Shown: positions 1-10,170 of the stretch, piece after piece | Position numbering within the stretch: the first letter of the stretch is position 1 | How the letters are laid out: each line of letters starts with the position of its first letter | Assembly (NCBI GenBank): GCA_963665115.1 | Contig: OY762007.1 | Span: 3,552,001-3,616,000, forward strand | Direction: 5' to 3' | Origin: an uncultured Rivularia sp. | GTDB taxonomy: Bacteria; Cyanobacteriota; Cyanobacteriia; Cyanobacteriales; Nostocaceae | DNA: 64,000 nt | Translations under genes and position numbers: made by a program | The notes under the pieces: model-generated | Databases searched by the model: none | Told to the model about the DNA's origin: nothing | What the model saw: the letters and a program-made list of their open reading frames with translations, nothing else

Positions 1-169
1 TTATCTTGTAAAAGAATCGTTAAATAGGGCTTTTCGCTTGATTCCAAAACATCCAAAACCTCACTCTCGGTACTTTTCGGACAGGATGAGGTGGAATTTG
101 TACTGCTTAAAAGTAAAAAATCAGTATATTACGTATTTACCGCTGGTTATCCAATAATTTTTATTTATT

Positions 170-267
170 AGAACTTACGCACTCGAAGATTAAAAATCGC
201 TGTAATTGTCTGTTCCCCGTTCCCTGTAGCCCGAAACCTTGATTTTTGGTTTTACTGCGTAAGTCCT
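170..267. mobile_element. MITE family A (AGGACTTACGCA...TGCGTAAGTCCT termini)
   Basis: Inverted termini AGAACTTACGCA / TGCGTAAGTCCT; flanks ATTTATT/ATCTATT (6/7 direct repeat); internal sequence similar to copies at 43809-43913 and 40527-40740. Confidence 0.75.
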
Positions 268-504
268 ATCTATTCTAAATTCTAACTTAAAGCAAATATA
301 AATTAAGGGAAAAACCGATTTTGTCTAAATATAATTTTATATTCAATTGTGTAATTACTCTGATGCCAACAGATATATTTTTTTTTATTGTTAGAGAATA
401 ATAAATTTAATTAAATTCTCCGGATTTAATAACAGGAAAATATTGTACAAAAAGAGACGTTTTTTTTATTCATTTTTTAGTTAATTTTTTAATATCAGGG
501 ACAC

Positions 505-1608
505 ATGGGCAAATTAAATATTCTTATGCTGGGTGCTAGCCTGGAACAAAATGGAGGGATAGCAACTGTTGAAAAACTCATACTCCAACACGCTACTAAG
601 GATGTTGAGTTTCAGCATATAACCAGCCATGACGAAGGTACAATTCTTCATAGAATAAAGGTTTTCATCAAAGCTTTTGCCGTACTTTTATGGAATTTAG
701 TAAGTAGCAAATCCGATCTAATACACGTCCATATTTCAGACGGTGGTAGCTTGGTAAGAAAAGCAATCATTGTAATAATCGCTTTTCTTTTTAATAAACC
801 CGTATTGATACACGCACACGGGGCTGAATTTCAAGTAACTTACTCTAAACTTCCTAAACTAGCGCAGCTTTTTTTCAGTAAAATATTTCGTTGCTGCGAT
901 GATTTTATTGTTCTTTCCAAAACCTGGCAAGAATATTATATAAACAACTTAGGCTTAAACGAAAAACAAGTTGTTATTTTGCCGAATCCCACTGAATTAC
1001 CCGCTCAAATTCCCGATAGAACAAATACTTCATCTATTAAATTTGGCTTTTTTGGAAGAGTAGGTGCGCGTAAAGGAACATTTGATTTAATTAAAGCCTT
1101 CGCTCAAATTCCAGATACTTCAAAATCTGAATTAATTATCGCCGGAGATGGAGATATTGAAGAAGCGCGTAATTTAGCCAAAAGTCTCAACCTAGAAAAC
1201 AAAGTTCAATTTCTTGGTTGGATAGACTCTCAAACTAGAGATAAATTACTCGCTAATATCGACGTATTTGTTTTACCTTCTTACAACGAAGGTTTACCAA
1301 TGGCTCTTTTAGAAGCAATGGGTTGGGGCTTACCTGTTATAGTCACGCCAGTAGGTGGTATCCCTGAATTAATTACTTCCACAGAGAATGGTTTATTAGT
1401 GAATTCGGGAGATATCCAAAAGCTGTCTGAAGCAATGCAAGCATTGATTGAGAATGAGTCTTTAAGAATCTCTTTAGGAAACGCAGCCAGAGAAACTGTT
1501 ACTCCTTTCGATATCAAAGTTTATTCCTCTCAACTCCATCAAATTTATAACTCTGTATTGGAGTCTAGATCAAAAACTTCTCTTTCACCTGCTGGTGTGG
1601 GACAGTAA
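505..1608 (+). CDS. Glycosyltransferase family 4 (GT-B)
   Basis: HAHG motif, GRVGARKG, and DVFVLPSYNEGLPMALLEAM (E-x7-E) signature. Confidence 0.93.
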   Translation: MGKLNILMLGASLEQNGGIATVEKLILQHATKDVEFQHITSHDEGTILHRIKVFIKAFAVLLWNLVSSKSDLIHVHISDGGSLVRKAIIVIIAFLFNKPVLIHAHGAEFQVTYSKLPKLAQLFFSKIFRCCDDFIVLSKTWQEYYINNLGLNEKQVVILPNPTELPAQIPDRTNTSSIKFGFFGRVGARKGTFDLIKAFAQIPDTSKSELIIAGDGDIEEARNLAKSLNLENKVQFLGWIDSQTRDKLLANIDVFVLPSYNEGLPMALLEAMGWGLPVIVTPVGGIPELITSTENGLLVNSGDIQKLSEAMQALIENESLRISLGNAARETVTPFDIKVYSSQLHQIYNSVLESRSKTSLSPAGVGQ

Positions 1609-1836
1609 TTAAATTTTGGATTTTGCGGAAAGTTTAGCCTTCATAAGGTGCGCGGGATAAGCGCGTTGAGAGAACGTTGGGGTGTAGATGTTCTTCCCCC
1701 AAAACTTTCCTGCTCCAGATTTTGGATTTTGGATTAAATGTTTTATTTACCTAACACCCAAAGAAACCCGCGTTCTAAAACTAATGCAAGATATCGCATT
1801 AATAAACTCGCAAATTTATTAAATATCGGAGATTAA

Positions 1837-2598
1837 GTGATGAGAATAAATATCTGCGGAGTCAAAATTGACAATTACAGCTTTAATGATGCGGTAGAGC
1901 GCATTATAGATCGTGCTGTTACGGGAGTTATTCCTTCATATGTAGTAACTCCTAATGCACAACACGTTTTGAGTCTTCAGCGCGATGCTAATTTTCGCGA
2001 TATTTACGAAAAAGCTTTTCTAGCGGTACCTGATGGAGTTTCGTTGTTATGGTCTGCTAAATTCTTGCAAACACCCTTAAATGGTCGCGTAAATGGTACG
2101 GATTTGTTTGAAGAATTATCTGCTGTTGCCGAGCAAAAAGGACTGAAAATATTCTTACTGGGTGGTCGTTCTGGTGCTGCTGAAGAGGCTAAAAAAACTT
2201 TGCAAGCAAGACATTCCGACCTAAAAATAGTTGGAACTCACTGTCCACCCTATGGATTTGAATCTCAACCAGAAGAATTAGCGTTAATTAATTCCAAAAT
2301 TAAAGCAGCCGCACCAGATATTCTATTTGTAGGATTGGGCGCTCCCAAGCAGGAAAAATGGATATATGATAATTATCAAGAATTAGGAGTACCTGTTTCT
2401 TTAGGTATTGGAGTCAGTTTTGAATTAGTTGCCAATATGGTACAACGAGCGCCTTTATGGATGCAAAAATGGGGATTAGAATGGTTGTTCCGCTTGATTG
2501 TTGAACCAAAACGTTTATGGAAGCGTTACGTTATGGGAAATCCCCAGTTTATGTGGTTAGTACTCAAGCAACGACTTGGCTTTTACAAGCTTGCTTAG
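1837..2598 (+). CDS. WecB/TagA/CpsF family glycosyltransferase
   Basis: VVTPNAQH, PDGVS, RVNGTDL, FVGLGAPKQE, RAP..MQKWGLEWLFRL..EPKRLWKRY motifs. Confidence 0.93.
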   Translation: MMRINICGVKIDNYSFNDAVERIIDRAVTGVIPSYVVTPNAQHVLSLQRDANFRDIYEKAFLAVPDGVSLLWSAKFLQTPLNGRVNGTDLFEELSAVAEQKGLKIFLLGGRSGAAEEAKKTLQARHSDLKIVGTHCPPYGFESQPEELALINSKIKAAAPDILFVGLGAPKQEKWIYDNYQELGVPVSLGIGVSFELVANMVQRAPLWMQKWGLEWLFRLIVEPKRLWKRYVMGNPQFMWLVLKQRLGFYKLA

Positions 2599-2611
2599 GA
2601 ATTAATTATCT

Positions 2612-3788
2612 ATGTCTAAAAAAATGTTGACTAGACGAAAATTTTTATTTAGTCTAGGTGCTTTAACAACTATGGGTGCAGTGCTATTAGGTAAAGATGA
2701 GTTAAAACGTCAGCAAATTCTGGCTTTAGACGATCCAAATTGTGAATGCATCAAATATCCTGGTGATGAATCTTTAAGAGAAACGTGCTGCTAAGAAAAA
2801 TATTCTTTTTGGAACAGCCATACGCCATCCATTGCTTTTAACTGACAAAGAATATACCCAAAGCTTAATTAAAGAATGCTCAATATTGGTTTCAGAATGG
2901 GGATTTAAATGGCACGTCAACCCGAAAGCCTTACGTCCGACAGTCGAATCTTTTGACTTTACTGCCGCAGACAAAATGTTTAATTTTGCCCGCAGTCACG
3001 GTATGGAAGTTAGGGGACATACCTTAGTCTGGTATATCTCCTTGCCCCCTTGGTTTGAAAGTACAGTCAACCAACAAAATGCTAAACATTTTCTAGAAAA
3101 ACATATTCAAACCGTTGTCGGACGTTACCAAGGAGAAATGCATTCTTGGGATGTAGTCAATGAAGCTATCGAACCAAGAGACGGACATCCTGACGGTTTA
3201 AGAAAAACGCCGTGGTTGGAATTTTTAGGAGAAGATTATATAGATATTGCTTTTCGTTTAGCACATGAAGCAGATCCGAAAGCGATGTTGGTTTATAACG
3301 ATTATGGTTTAGTTTACGACGCACCGGAAGATGAAGCAAAACGAAACGCCGTAATTAAACTTTTAAAACGGTTAAAATCTCAAGGAACTCCCATTCATGC
3401 TTTAGGTGTTCAAGCTCATTTAGATGGCAGCGAAAGCAATTTTAATCCGAAGATATTAAAAGATTTTTTTGCTCAAGTTGCCGATATGGGTTTGAAAATC
3501 ATGATTACCGAACTCGACGTTAAAGACAAAGATTTACCAAGGAATGTACAAGTACGCGACAGAATAGTTGCTAAAGCCTACAGTGACTATCTAAAAGTTG
3601 CTTTGGAACAGCCAGCAGTTATTGCCGTTTTGACTTGGGGATTAAATGACCAACATAGTTGGCTGAATGAGTTTCAACCCCGAGATGACGGCGCACCTGT
3701 TCGTCCTCTACCGCTGGATATGGATGGCAAACGCAAATTTGCTTGGAATGCGATCGCGCGTGCTTTTGATGCAGCACCAAGTCGCTAA
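2612..3788 (+). pseudogene. Tat-exported GH10 endo-glycanase (xylanase family), split by a +1 frameshift near 2781 (probably a sequencing error)
   Basis: TRRKFL twin-arginine leader in 2612-2794; removing one A from GAGAAACG gives ESLRERAAKKNILFGTA, in frame with 2832-3788; GH10 motifs RGHTLVW, WDVVNE, YNDY, ITELDV. Confidence 0.88.
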
Positions 3789-4181
3789 ATTAAATTTGGC
3801 TTTGATTGCATTTCTTCAACACTTAAGGCGATCGCCAAGTAAGCTAATTAATGTTCTTATAGTATTTTTTTAATTATGATTATTTTAATTCTGTGATGCG
3901 AGTATTTTATCCGCCTTTTTTGTGAGTTAAAATATCATGATTAAATAGTAATATATCATGCAAATATCTTAGTATTCACTACTTATTACTTATTTTCGTT
4001 ATTGTCTGTTTTGCTACGAGAATACTTAAATCCTTTGTAGTTGATATTAAGTTATAAATATATTTATTTTATTACTGTAAAAAAATATTTTTATACGATT
4101 TTAAACAATTATCAGTGTCACAATGATGTCACATAATTTAATTATAGTTTAAGTAGAAATAACCAAGAAGTTATCAAAAAT

Positions 4182-5627
4182 ATGTCTTTTGTTAGTGAGT
4201 TATCAGGGAACAGCAACCTTCTCGATTTAAGGGCACCATCTTTAACACAATTACGCAAGAGAGTCGGTGCAATATGGCTTCGCATAATAACCCTTGTTGT
4301 AGTAGATGGAATAGGTTTGGGATTAGCCTGGAAGATGGCAGAAACCTACAGCAGAAAGTCTAATATTGAATGGGTTGAGCAAGACAATTTATTTTTTATT
4401 TTGTCAACTATCGTGATTCAAATTTGTCTGATTGCAACTCAAGGATTATACGAAGCTGGAGAAAAGCGGCGCGACTATTTTAACTTGAGCAAAACTATAA
4501 CATTCTCCTACTTTTTACTATTGCTTTTTGGATATCTGTATTTACAAAACGATTTCTTTCCTAGAGCAACCTTTATTACAGTATGGCTGTCGAGCATCGC
4601 CATTATTTGTTCGGGAAGATTTATGATGAATGCTGTTATTATGCGGCTTCGTAAACAAAACTTAATCACCTGCCCCACATATTTAATATGTTTGCCAGAA
4701 GATAAAAGTAAAGCAGTCAAGCTATTAGATAAAGAAAACTGTTACAATCTTGTAGGTTGGAAAAACGTTAATTCAATCTCTTCATCTAAAGGTCATTTAG
4801 CTGCCACCGTAGAAGAAATTATCCGTCAAGGAGTAGCAGAAGTATTTGTCTGTTCTTGGCAGTCTATAGAAAGTAGAATGTATCTTTACTGGAAGTTACG
4901 AAATGCTGGCGTTATCTTGCACATTTTGCCGATTGAACTACAGGCTATGGAGCAAAGATTGGAATTAAAAATGCTTGGTGGTATCCCAATCTTGAATTTT
5001 TTGCCACCAACTATTACTGGGAGTGATTTCCGGGTAAAACGGTACTTTGATTTTTGTAGTTCGGCACTGTTTATTTTATTTGCTTCACCAATTTATCTTT
5101 TGATTGCGTTACTAATCAAATTTGATTCTTCAGGCCCAATTTTTTACAAACAAACTCGCATTGGTTTGCATGGAAAACCCTTCAAAGTGTGGAAATTCCG
5201 CACAATGGTAACGAATGCAGATGAATTACAAAAACAGTTAGAAGCACGTAACGAAAATAAAGATGGAATTCTCTTTAAAATAAAAGACGATCCACGCATT
5301 ACCAAAGTAGGAAAGTTTCTCCGCCAGTATAGTTTGGATGAATTACCTCAATTATTTAACGTTCTTTTTAGAGAAATGAGTTTAGTTGGTCCTCGTCCTT
5401 TGCCTGTAAGAGATGTGGAGAAGTTTTCGAGCCACCACTTCATCCGTCAAGAAGTTCTCCCCGGAATTACAGGTTTATGGCAAATCTCCGGCCGCTCAGA
5501 TATTATTGATTTTGAGAAAGTGATTGACTTAGATAAAACCTACATGGAAAACTGGTCACTTTCATTGGATTTGCAGATTATTCTTCAAACAGTCAAAGTT
5601 ATTTTGGATAAAAAAGGAGCTTATTAA
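4182..5627 (+). CDS. Priming sugar transferase (WcaJ/WbaP-like polyprenyl-phosphate glycosylphosphotransferase)
   Basis: N-terminal TM helices; C-terminal KRYFD, KFRTM, DPRITKVGKFLR, SLDELPQL, PGITGLWQISGR. Confidence 0.93.
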   Translation: MSFVSELSGNSNLLDLRAPSLTQLRKRVGAIWLRIITLVVVDGIGLGLAWKMAETYSRKSNIEWVEQDNLFFILSTIVIQICLIATQGLYEAGEKRRDYFNLSKTITFSYFLLLLFGYLYLQNDFFPRATFITVWLSSIAIICSGRFMMNAVIMRLRKQNLITCPTYLICLPEDKSKAVKLLDKENCYNLVGWKNVNSISSSKGHLAATVEEIIRQGVAEVFVCSWQSIESRMYLYWKLRNAGVILHILPIELQAMEQRLELKMLGGIPILNFLPPTITGSDFRVKRYFDFCSSALFILFASPIYLLIALLIKFDSSGPIFYKQTRIGLHGKPFKVWKFRTMVTNADELQKQLEARNENKDGILFKIKDDPRITKVGKFLRQYSLDELPQLFNVLFREMSLVGPRPLPVRDVEKFSSHHFIRQEVLPGITGLWQISGRSDIIDFEKVIDLDKTYMENWSLSLDLQIILQTVKVILDKKGAY

Positions 5628-5774
5628 AGAAAGTGTTGTTGCACGAATTCCTTTATAAAAGCGGGTTATTTGACTATCAAAAGAATCATTAATTTTTAAA
5701 TAATGTAGAGATGGATGTAAACAACCTCTCTATATTTTTTTATTAACTAAAATAATCAGTAATCAGTATAAAAA

Positions 5775-5833
5775 GGTTCGTAATAGCGCTTCAGCGCTTC
5801 TTGTGCGGAGGCGCTGAAGCGCTACTACGAGCC
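5775..5833. repeat. REP-like palindrome (GGTTCGTAATAGCGCTTCAGCGC...GCGCTGAAGCGCTACTACGAGCC)
   Basis: Long inverted repeat between convergent genes; related sequences near 16445-16505 and 28493-28548. Confidence 0.65.
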
Positions 5834-5877
5834 GATGAATTATTTATTTCCAATTTACTAAAATTTTCATCTTACAA

Positions 5878-6609
5878 CTAATCTCCCTGGGGATACTCAT
5901 CCCATAAAGATGTTATTTCGCGTAAACTTTCAAAATCCCCGTCACCGAGTATTAAATGGTCTATCAAAGGAATTTGCAAAAATTGCGCTCCTCCCAATAG
6001 TTGACGAGTTAGTTCAATATCTTCTGGGCTGGGTTCGAGGTTTGCTGAAGGGTGGTTGTGTGCCACTATTAAACGAGTTGCACCTTGACGTATCACTTCC
6101 CTAAATATCTCGCGAGGGGGTGCTAAAGTTTCTGTTGCGGTTCCAATCGTAATTACTTGAGTTCCTAATAGACGATTTTTGACATCTAATAGCACTACTG
6201 CAAACCTTTCTTGCTGCTGCCACATCAAATCTTGACTCAATGCAGCCGCCGCAGCTGCCGGACTATCAATTACTGTACCTTCTCCCGGACGAGCTTGGAA
6301 AGTACGCTTACCTAGTTCTATAGCTGCTAAAATCGCTGTTGCCTTAGCCGGGCCAATTCCGGGAATTTTGATTAGCTCCGCAGCATTAATATCTCGTAAA
6401 ACTACCAAAGGCTCACGTTGATGTTTGCCTAATTCCTGCAAGATATATTGTCCCAAACCTACAGCAGACAATTTACCAGCACCTTGCCCCGTACCAAGTA
6501 GAATTGCAATTAACTCAGCAGTAGCTAGAACTTTTGCACCATGAGTTAACAAACGTTCTCGCGGACGCTCGTTTTCAGCCATGTCGGCAATTCTGAGGCA
6601 GTAGGTCAT
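5878..6609 (-). CDS. radC: DNA repair protein RadC (JAB domain)
   Basis: ERPRERL, HhH GIGPAKA, AHNHPS..EPSPED, DHLILG; start placed at ATG of MTYCLRI. Confidence 0.95.
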   Translation of the reverse strand: MTYCLRIADMAENERPRERLLTHGAKVLATAELIAILLGTGQGAGKLSAVGLGQYILQELGKHQREPLVVLRDINAAELIKIPGIGPAKATAILAAIELGKRTFQARPGEGTVIDSPAAAAAALSQDLMWQQQERFAVVLLDVKNRLLGTQVITIGTATETLAPPREIFREVIRQGATRLIVAHNHPSANLEPSPEDIELTRQLLGGAQFLQIPLIDHLILGDGDFESLREITSLWDEYPQGD

Positions 6610-6870
6610 AGATAAACTAGGGAATAACAATCATAGGTGTACCTACTTTTAGTTATCCCAGTTTGACCCGGAAAAGTTATCAATAGATCGGTAAATGTTT
6701 AAAATTTTTTAGATAGGGGAGAGGGGGAAGAGGGGGGAGATGGGGAGAGTGAGGAAATGAAGAAGATAAGTAAGAGGCGAATAGCTAACTTATCATTAGG
6801 GAGCAAGATGCTCCCACTACGGAAATAATTGGAAAAGAGATACTATCTTTCCCTATGTGCAATCTATTAT

Positions 6871-7830
6871 CTAAACCTTGGCTGGCAAACCTTCTTGAGA
6901 CATTTGTGTTGCTTTGAGCATATGGTAGGTGATTAACAATTGGGTAAGAGCTAATGGGTAGCTTTGGATACTTTCGCCAGTGGTTCCGGCGACTTTACCT
7001 AACTCTGGATTACTTTCGCGATCGCAAACATTCTTCAAGTTAGGCATATCAGAACAAATAACTTGCTCTAATCTATTCACCTGTTCTAATGTAGCGTGTC
7101 CATCAACTTCTAAAACGTCAACGGGTTTGCTCATATCTCTATCTAAATCTAAGCGAATTGCTGACATGGAACTACCATTCCCAGAACTGACAATTTGCGT
7201 AAAATCTGGGTGGGGAATTGTTGGACGTAATACCAAACGTACATTTAAATGCCCATTGCTTTCCTTTGAATCATCCTTTGGAGGATAAAAACTTACCACG
7301 ATATCAGACCATTGACGTTGGGGACGGATAAACTTTTCTGAATCTGGTTCGCGCCCTTGGAGTGCCTTTAAAACCTGTTCTTCTGTATAACCGCGCTTTT
7401 GAGTATCCCGTTTAACTTTCCAACTTGCACGTAAGGATTCTGGGGGAGCTAGATAAACTTTGACATCGTAACATTCTCTTGCTTTACGAGTCGAATAACC
7501 CAGCAATCCTTCTACTATCACGAATTTGTTGGGCTTTATATATTCAGGTGCATCTAAACTACCAGTTGTATGATTGTAAATTGGCTTGAGAATTGGTAGC
7601 CCATTCCGCAACTGTGAAAGGTGTTGCTGCATAATATCTAAATAATTGCAGTCAGGATCTAAAGCAGTAATCCCAATTTCCGCACGCTGCTTGCGATCGT
7701 ACCGATGATAATCGTCCGTACAAATAACGGTAACATTTTCCGGACCTAATACTTGTGCGATGCCTTTAGTTAAAGTTGTTTTACCCGCAGCACTGTCACC
7801 TACAATACCCAATATAATCGGACGAGTCAT
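6871..7830 (-). CDS. prk: Phosphoribulokinase family protein (second, non-canonical paralogue)
   Basis: P-loop GDSAAGKTT, CTDDYHRYDR, KPIYNHTTG, VEGL, WKVKRD, FIRPQR; start at MTRPIILG with upstream GAAGGTGG. Confidence 0.85.
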   Translation of the reverse strand: MTRPIILGIVGDSAAGKTTLTKGIAQVLGPENVTVICTDDYHRYDRKQRAEIGITALDPDCNYLDIMQQHLSQLRNGLPILKPIYNHTTGSLDAPEYIKPNKFVIVEGLLGYSTRKARECYDVKVYLAPPESLRASWKVKRDTQKRGYTEEQVLKALQGREPDSEKFIRPQRQWSDIVVSFYPPKDDSKESNGHLNVRLVLRPTIPHPDFTQIVSSGNGSSMSAIRLDLDRDMSKPVDVLEVDGHATLEQVNRLEQVICSDMPNLKNVCDRESNPELGKVAGTTGESIQSYPLALTQLLITYHMLKATQMSQEGLPAKV

Positions 7831-8065
7831 TTTACCACCTTCACTTAGCAGAGAACGTAATTTAAAATTGTGTACTAATTTACTAATTGTAGGGATTAAT
7901 GAGAAACAACTCAATAAGTATTAAGAGATGCTTCGGTAGATAGAAGCACGTAAGTGACAATTAGATCGGTTAACATCAAGCTTATTTATGCTATGCAAAG
8001 ATTTTTATCTAATTGTGTCAATTGATTAATGCACAAGAAATTAAGCAGAATAATCATGACATTCA

Positions 8066-8112
8066 CCTCTAACCTTTAACCTTTAACCTTTGACCTTTGA
8101 CCTCTAACCTTT
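8066..8112. repeat. STRR heptamer tandem repeat (AACCTTT)n
   Basis: Seen directly; same unit at 23677-23722 (reverse) and ~29923-29962. Confidence 0.85.
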
Positions 8113-9998
8113 AACCTGATTTCCTATATCCCCTCGGTGTAATCATCCATTCCCCATAACTACGAGTGCTTTGATTCCCAATCAAAACGGTAGTTAACAT
8201 ATCAACTGGTACATCCAATAATTTCTCTAAAGTAGTTATAGTAATTTGTTCGTCTTCGCGGTAAACCGATCGCACTACAGCTACTGGGGTATCGGGATTG
8301 CGATGCTTAAGAAAGATTTCTCTAGCTTCAGCTAACTGCTGAGTACGAGTTTTAGATTTGGGATTATACAAAGCAGTAACAAAATCCGCTGCTGCGGCTG
8401 CTTCTAAACGCTTAACAATTACCTCCCAAGGAGTAAGTAAATCGCTTAAACTGACAGCACAAAAATCGTGCATTAGCGGAGTACCAACTCTTGCAGCAGC
8501 CGATTGAAAAGCGCTAACTCCTGGAAATACCTCAACGCTGGGACATTTACCATCCCAACCGCTAGCCTGTAAGTCTTCCATCACTAAACCAGCCATACCG
8601 TAAATACCACTATCCCCAGAAGATATAACCGCTACAGTCAAACCCCAAGATGCTAACTCAATTGCACGAGTCGCGCGATCGCGTTCTTTTGTAATCGGCA
8701 AAGCTTCTACGATTTGGTGCTTTCCGAGGATAGGGGCAATCAAATCGATATACAAACCATAACCAATAACTGCATCGGCGCTAGCTACCGCTGTTTGTGC
8801 CGCTGGGGTCATTTGTTCGAGGTTTCCCGGCCCGGTTCCCACTAGCAGTAATTTACCAACTTTACCGATGTATTCTTTTTTTGATTGAGCTATAGCAACT
8901 GTGACTGCACCCTTCTGATTTTGGTTTGAAGGGCGATAAATTTGTTTGGGTACTTGTAGAGACGCGAGATTTTGGCACGTTTGGTTGGCAGCGATAATTG
9001 CAGCAGCTTCGGCAACGCTGGGGGTTTCCTACTTCTTTTTCCACAACTTGGGAAGGATTGGGTACCGTTACCGTACTGAGAATTTCAGATGGGAAGGTTT
9101 TTAAAGGTAAATTCCGCTCGTGACAAAGTTCTAATAAACCAACTTCATCAGCTTTTATGTCAATTGTGGCAATACCCGCGATAGCAGCAAGTGCAAGTTG
9201 ATTTTCTTGAAATACTTTATCGATCGCGTCGGCAATTACCTGTTTTGATGTATTTCTTTCACAACCAATTCCCACCCATAAGACTCGGGGATGCCAAGTG
9301 ATGAAAGGGAGAGGGGGGGAGGGGGAGAGGGGGAGAGAGGGGGAAGATTTATGAGTTATATAGATTTTAGCTTTTGTGGTTGGCGATTCGTTGAATTTGA
9401 AGGGATGCAATTTAGGTAGATGATTTTGCCATAAGGTTGAACCAACTTCTTGAATTACTTCTACATCTTCACCTTTTGCAACTGCTGCACTCACGGCATT
9501 CCAATCACCTTCGCCGCGACACCATCCGAAAGGAACACCCAACATATCTACCGCAGGTAATCCCAAACCGTTGGAAGCGCCGGTTAAAACGGGTGTTGCA
9601 CCAAGTTGCAGAGCAATCAATTGCGTCAATTTATCGGCACCACCTTGATGTCCACCACATAAACTAATTACAAATTTTCCAGTTTCATCTACTACTACGA
9701 CTGCTGGATCTGTTGACTTGCTTTTTAATAAATCTGAAATGAGTCGAACTACAGCACCAGTAGCTAAACAGAAAACAAAAGCTTGATGATTATTCCATAA
9801 ATTAGCTACGTGGTTTTTCAGGGAATCTTTGTATGTTTTTGAGTTACTTGTTTCAGATAAAGATTCTGGAACCCACAAAGTATTATCTTGGTTTTGGCAA
9901 AGGGTTTGAAGTTTCTTTGCACCAGTGGGAGTAGTGGCAATAAAGGCAATGGGAGAGAATTCGGTGAAGAGCAATTTGAGTTTCCTGTTAGCTGACAA
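8111..9998 (-). pseudogene. cobJ: CbiG-CobJ(CbiH) fusion, precorrin-3B C17-methyltransferase, split by a +1 frameshift at 9025-9027 (probably a sequencing error)
   Basis: CbiG motifs (DPAVVVVDE, GGHQGGA, WVGIGCER); removing one base gives EKEVGTPSVAEAAA...GAVTVAIAQ...LLLVGTGPG, in frame with the methyltransferase ORF (SSGDSGIYG, DFCAVSLSDLLTPW, TPRGY). Confidence 0.9.
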
Positions 9999-10170
9999 GA
10001 TTATTTAAATATTTTCTCATGCCAATTATCTATATTTAAATTAATAAAGTTATCAATATGTTCTTTGAGAAGCCAGTTCATTACATTCATAAAATACAAT
10101 TTTCCCAAATTTGATTGTGCAAAAAAATAATGGTGCGTCGCCTTCCGCGACAACACACCCTCGCTAACTA

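Noticed and set aside
2..157. Open frame at the window start (YLVKESLNRAF...)
   Set aside because: Could be the 3' end of an upstream gene but is too short and featureless to support
4116..4133. TGTCACA direct repeat with 11-bp period upstream of the sugar transferase
   Set aside because: Spacing does not fit a CRP site and two short units are too weak to call a response-regulator box
9999..10170. Cobalamin riboswitch upstream of cbiG-cobJ
   Set aside because: No B12-box or conserved core recognised; the region is short and AT-rich
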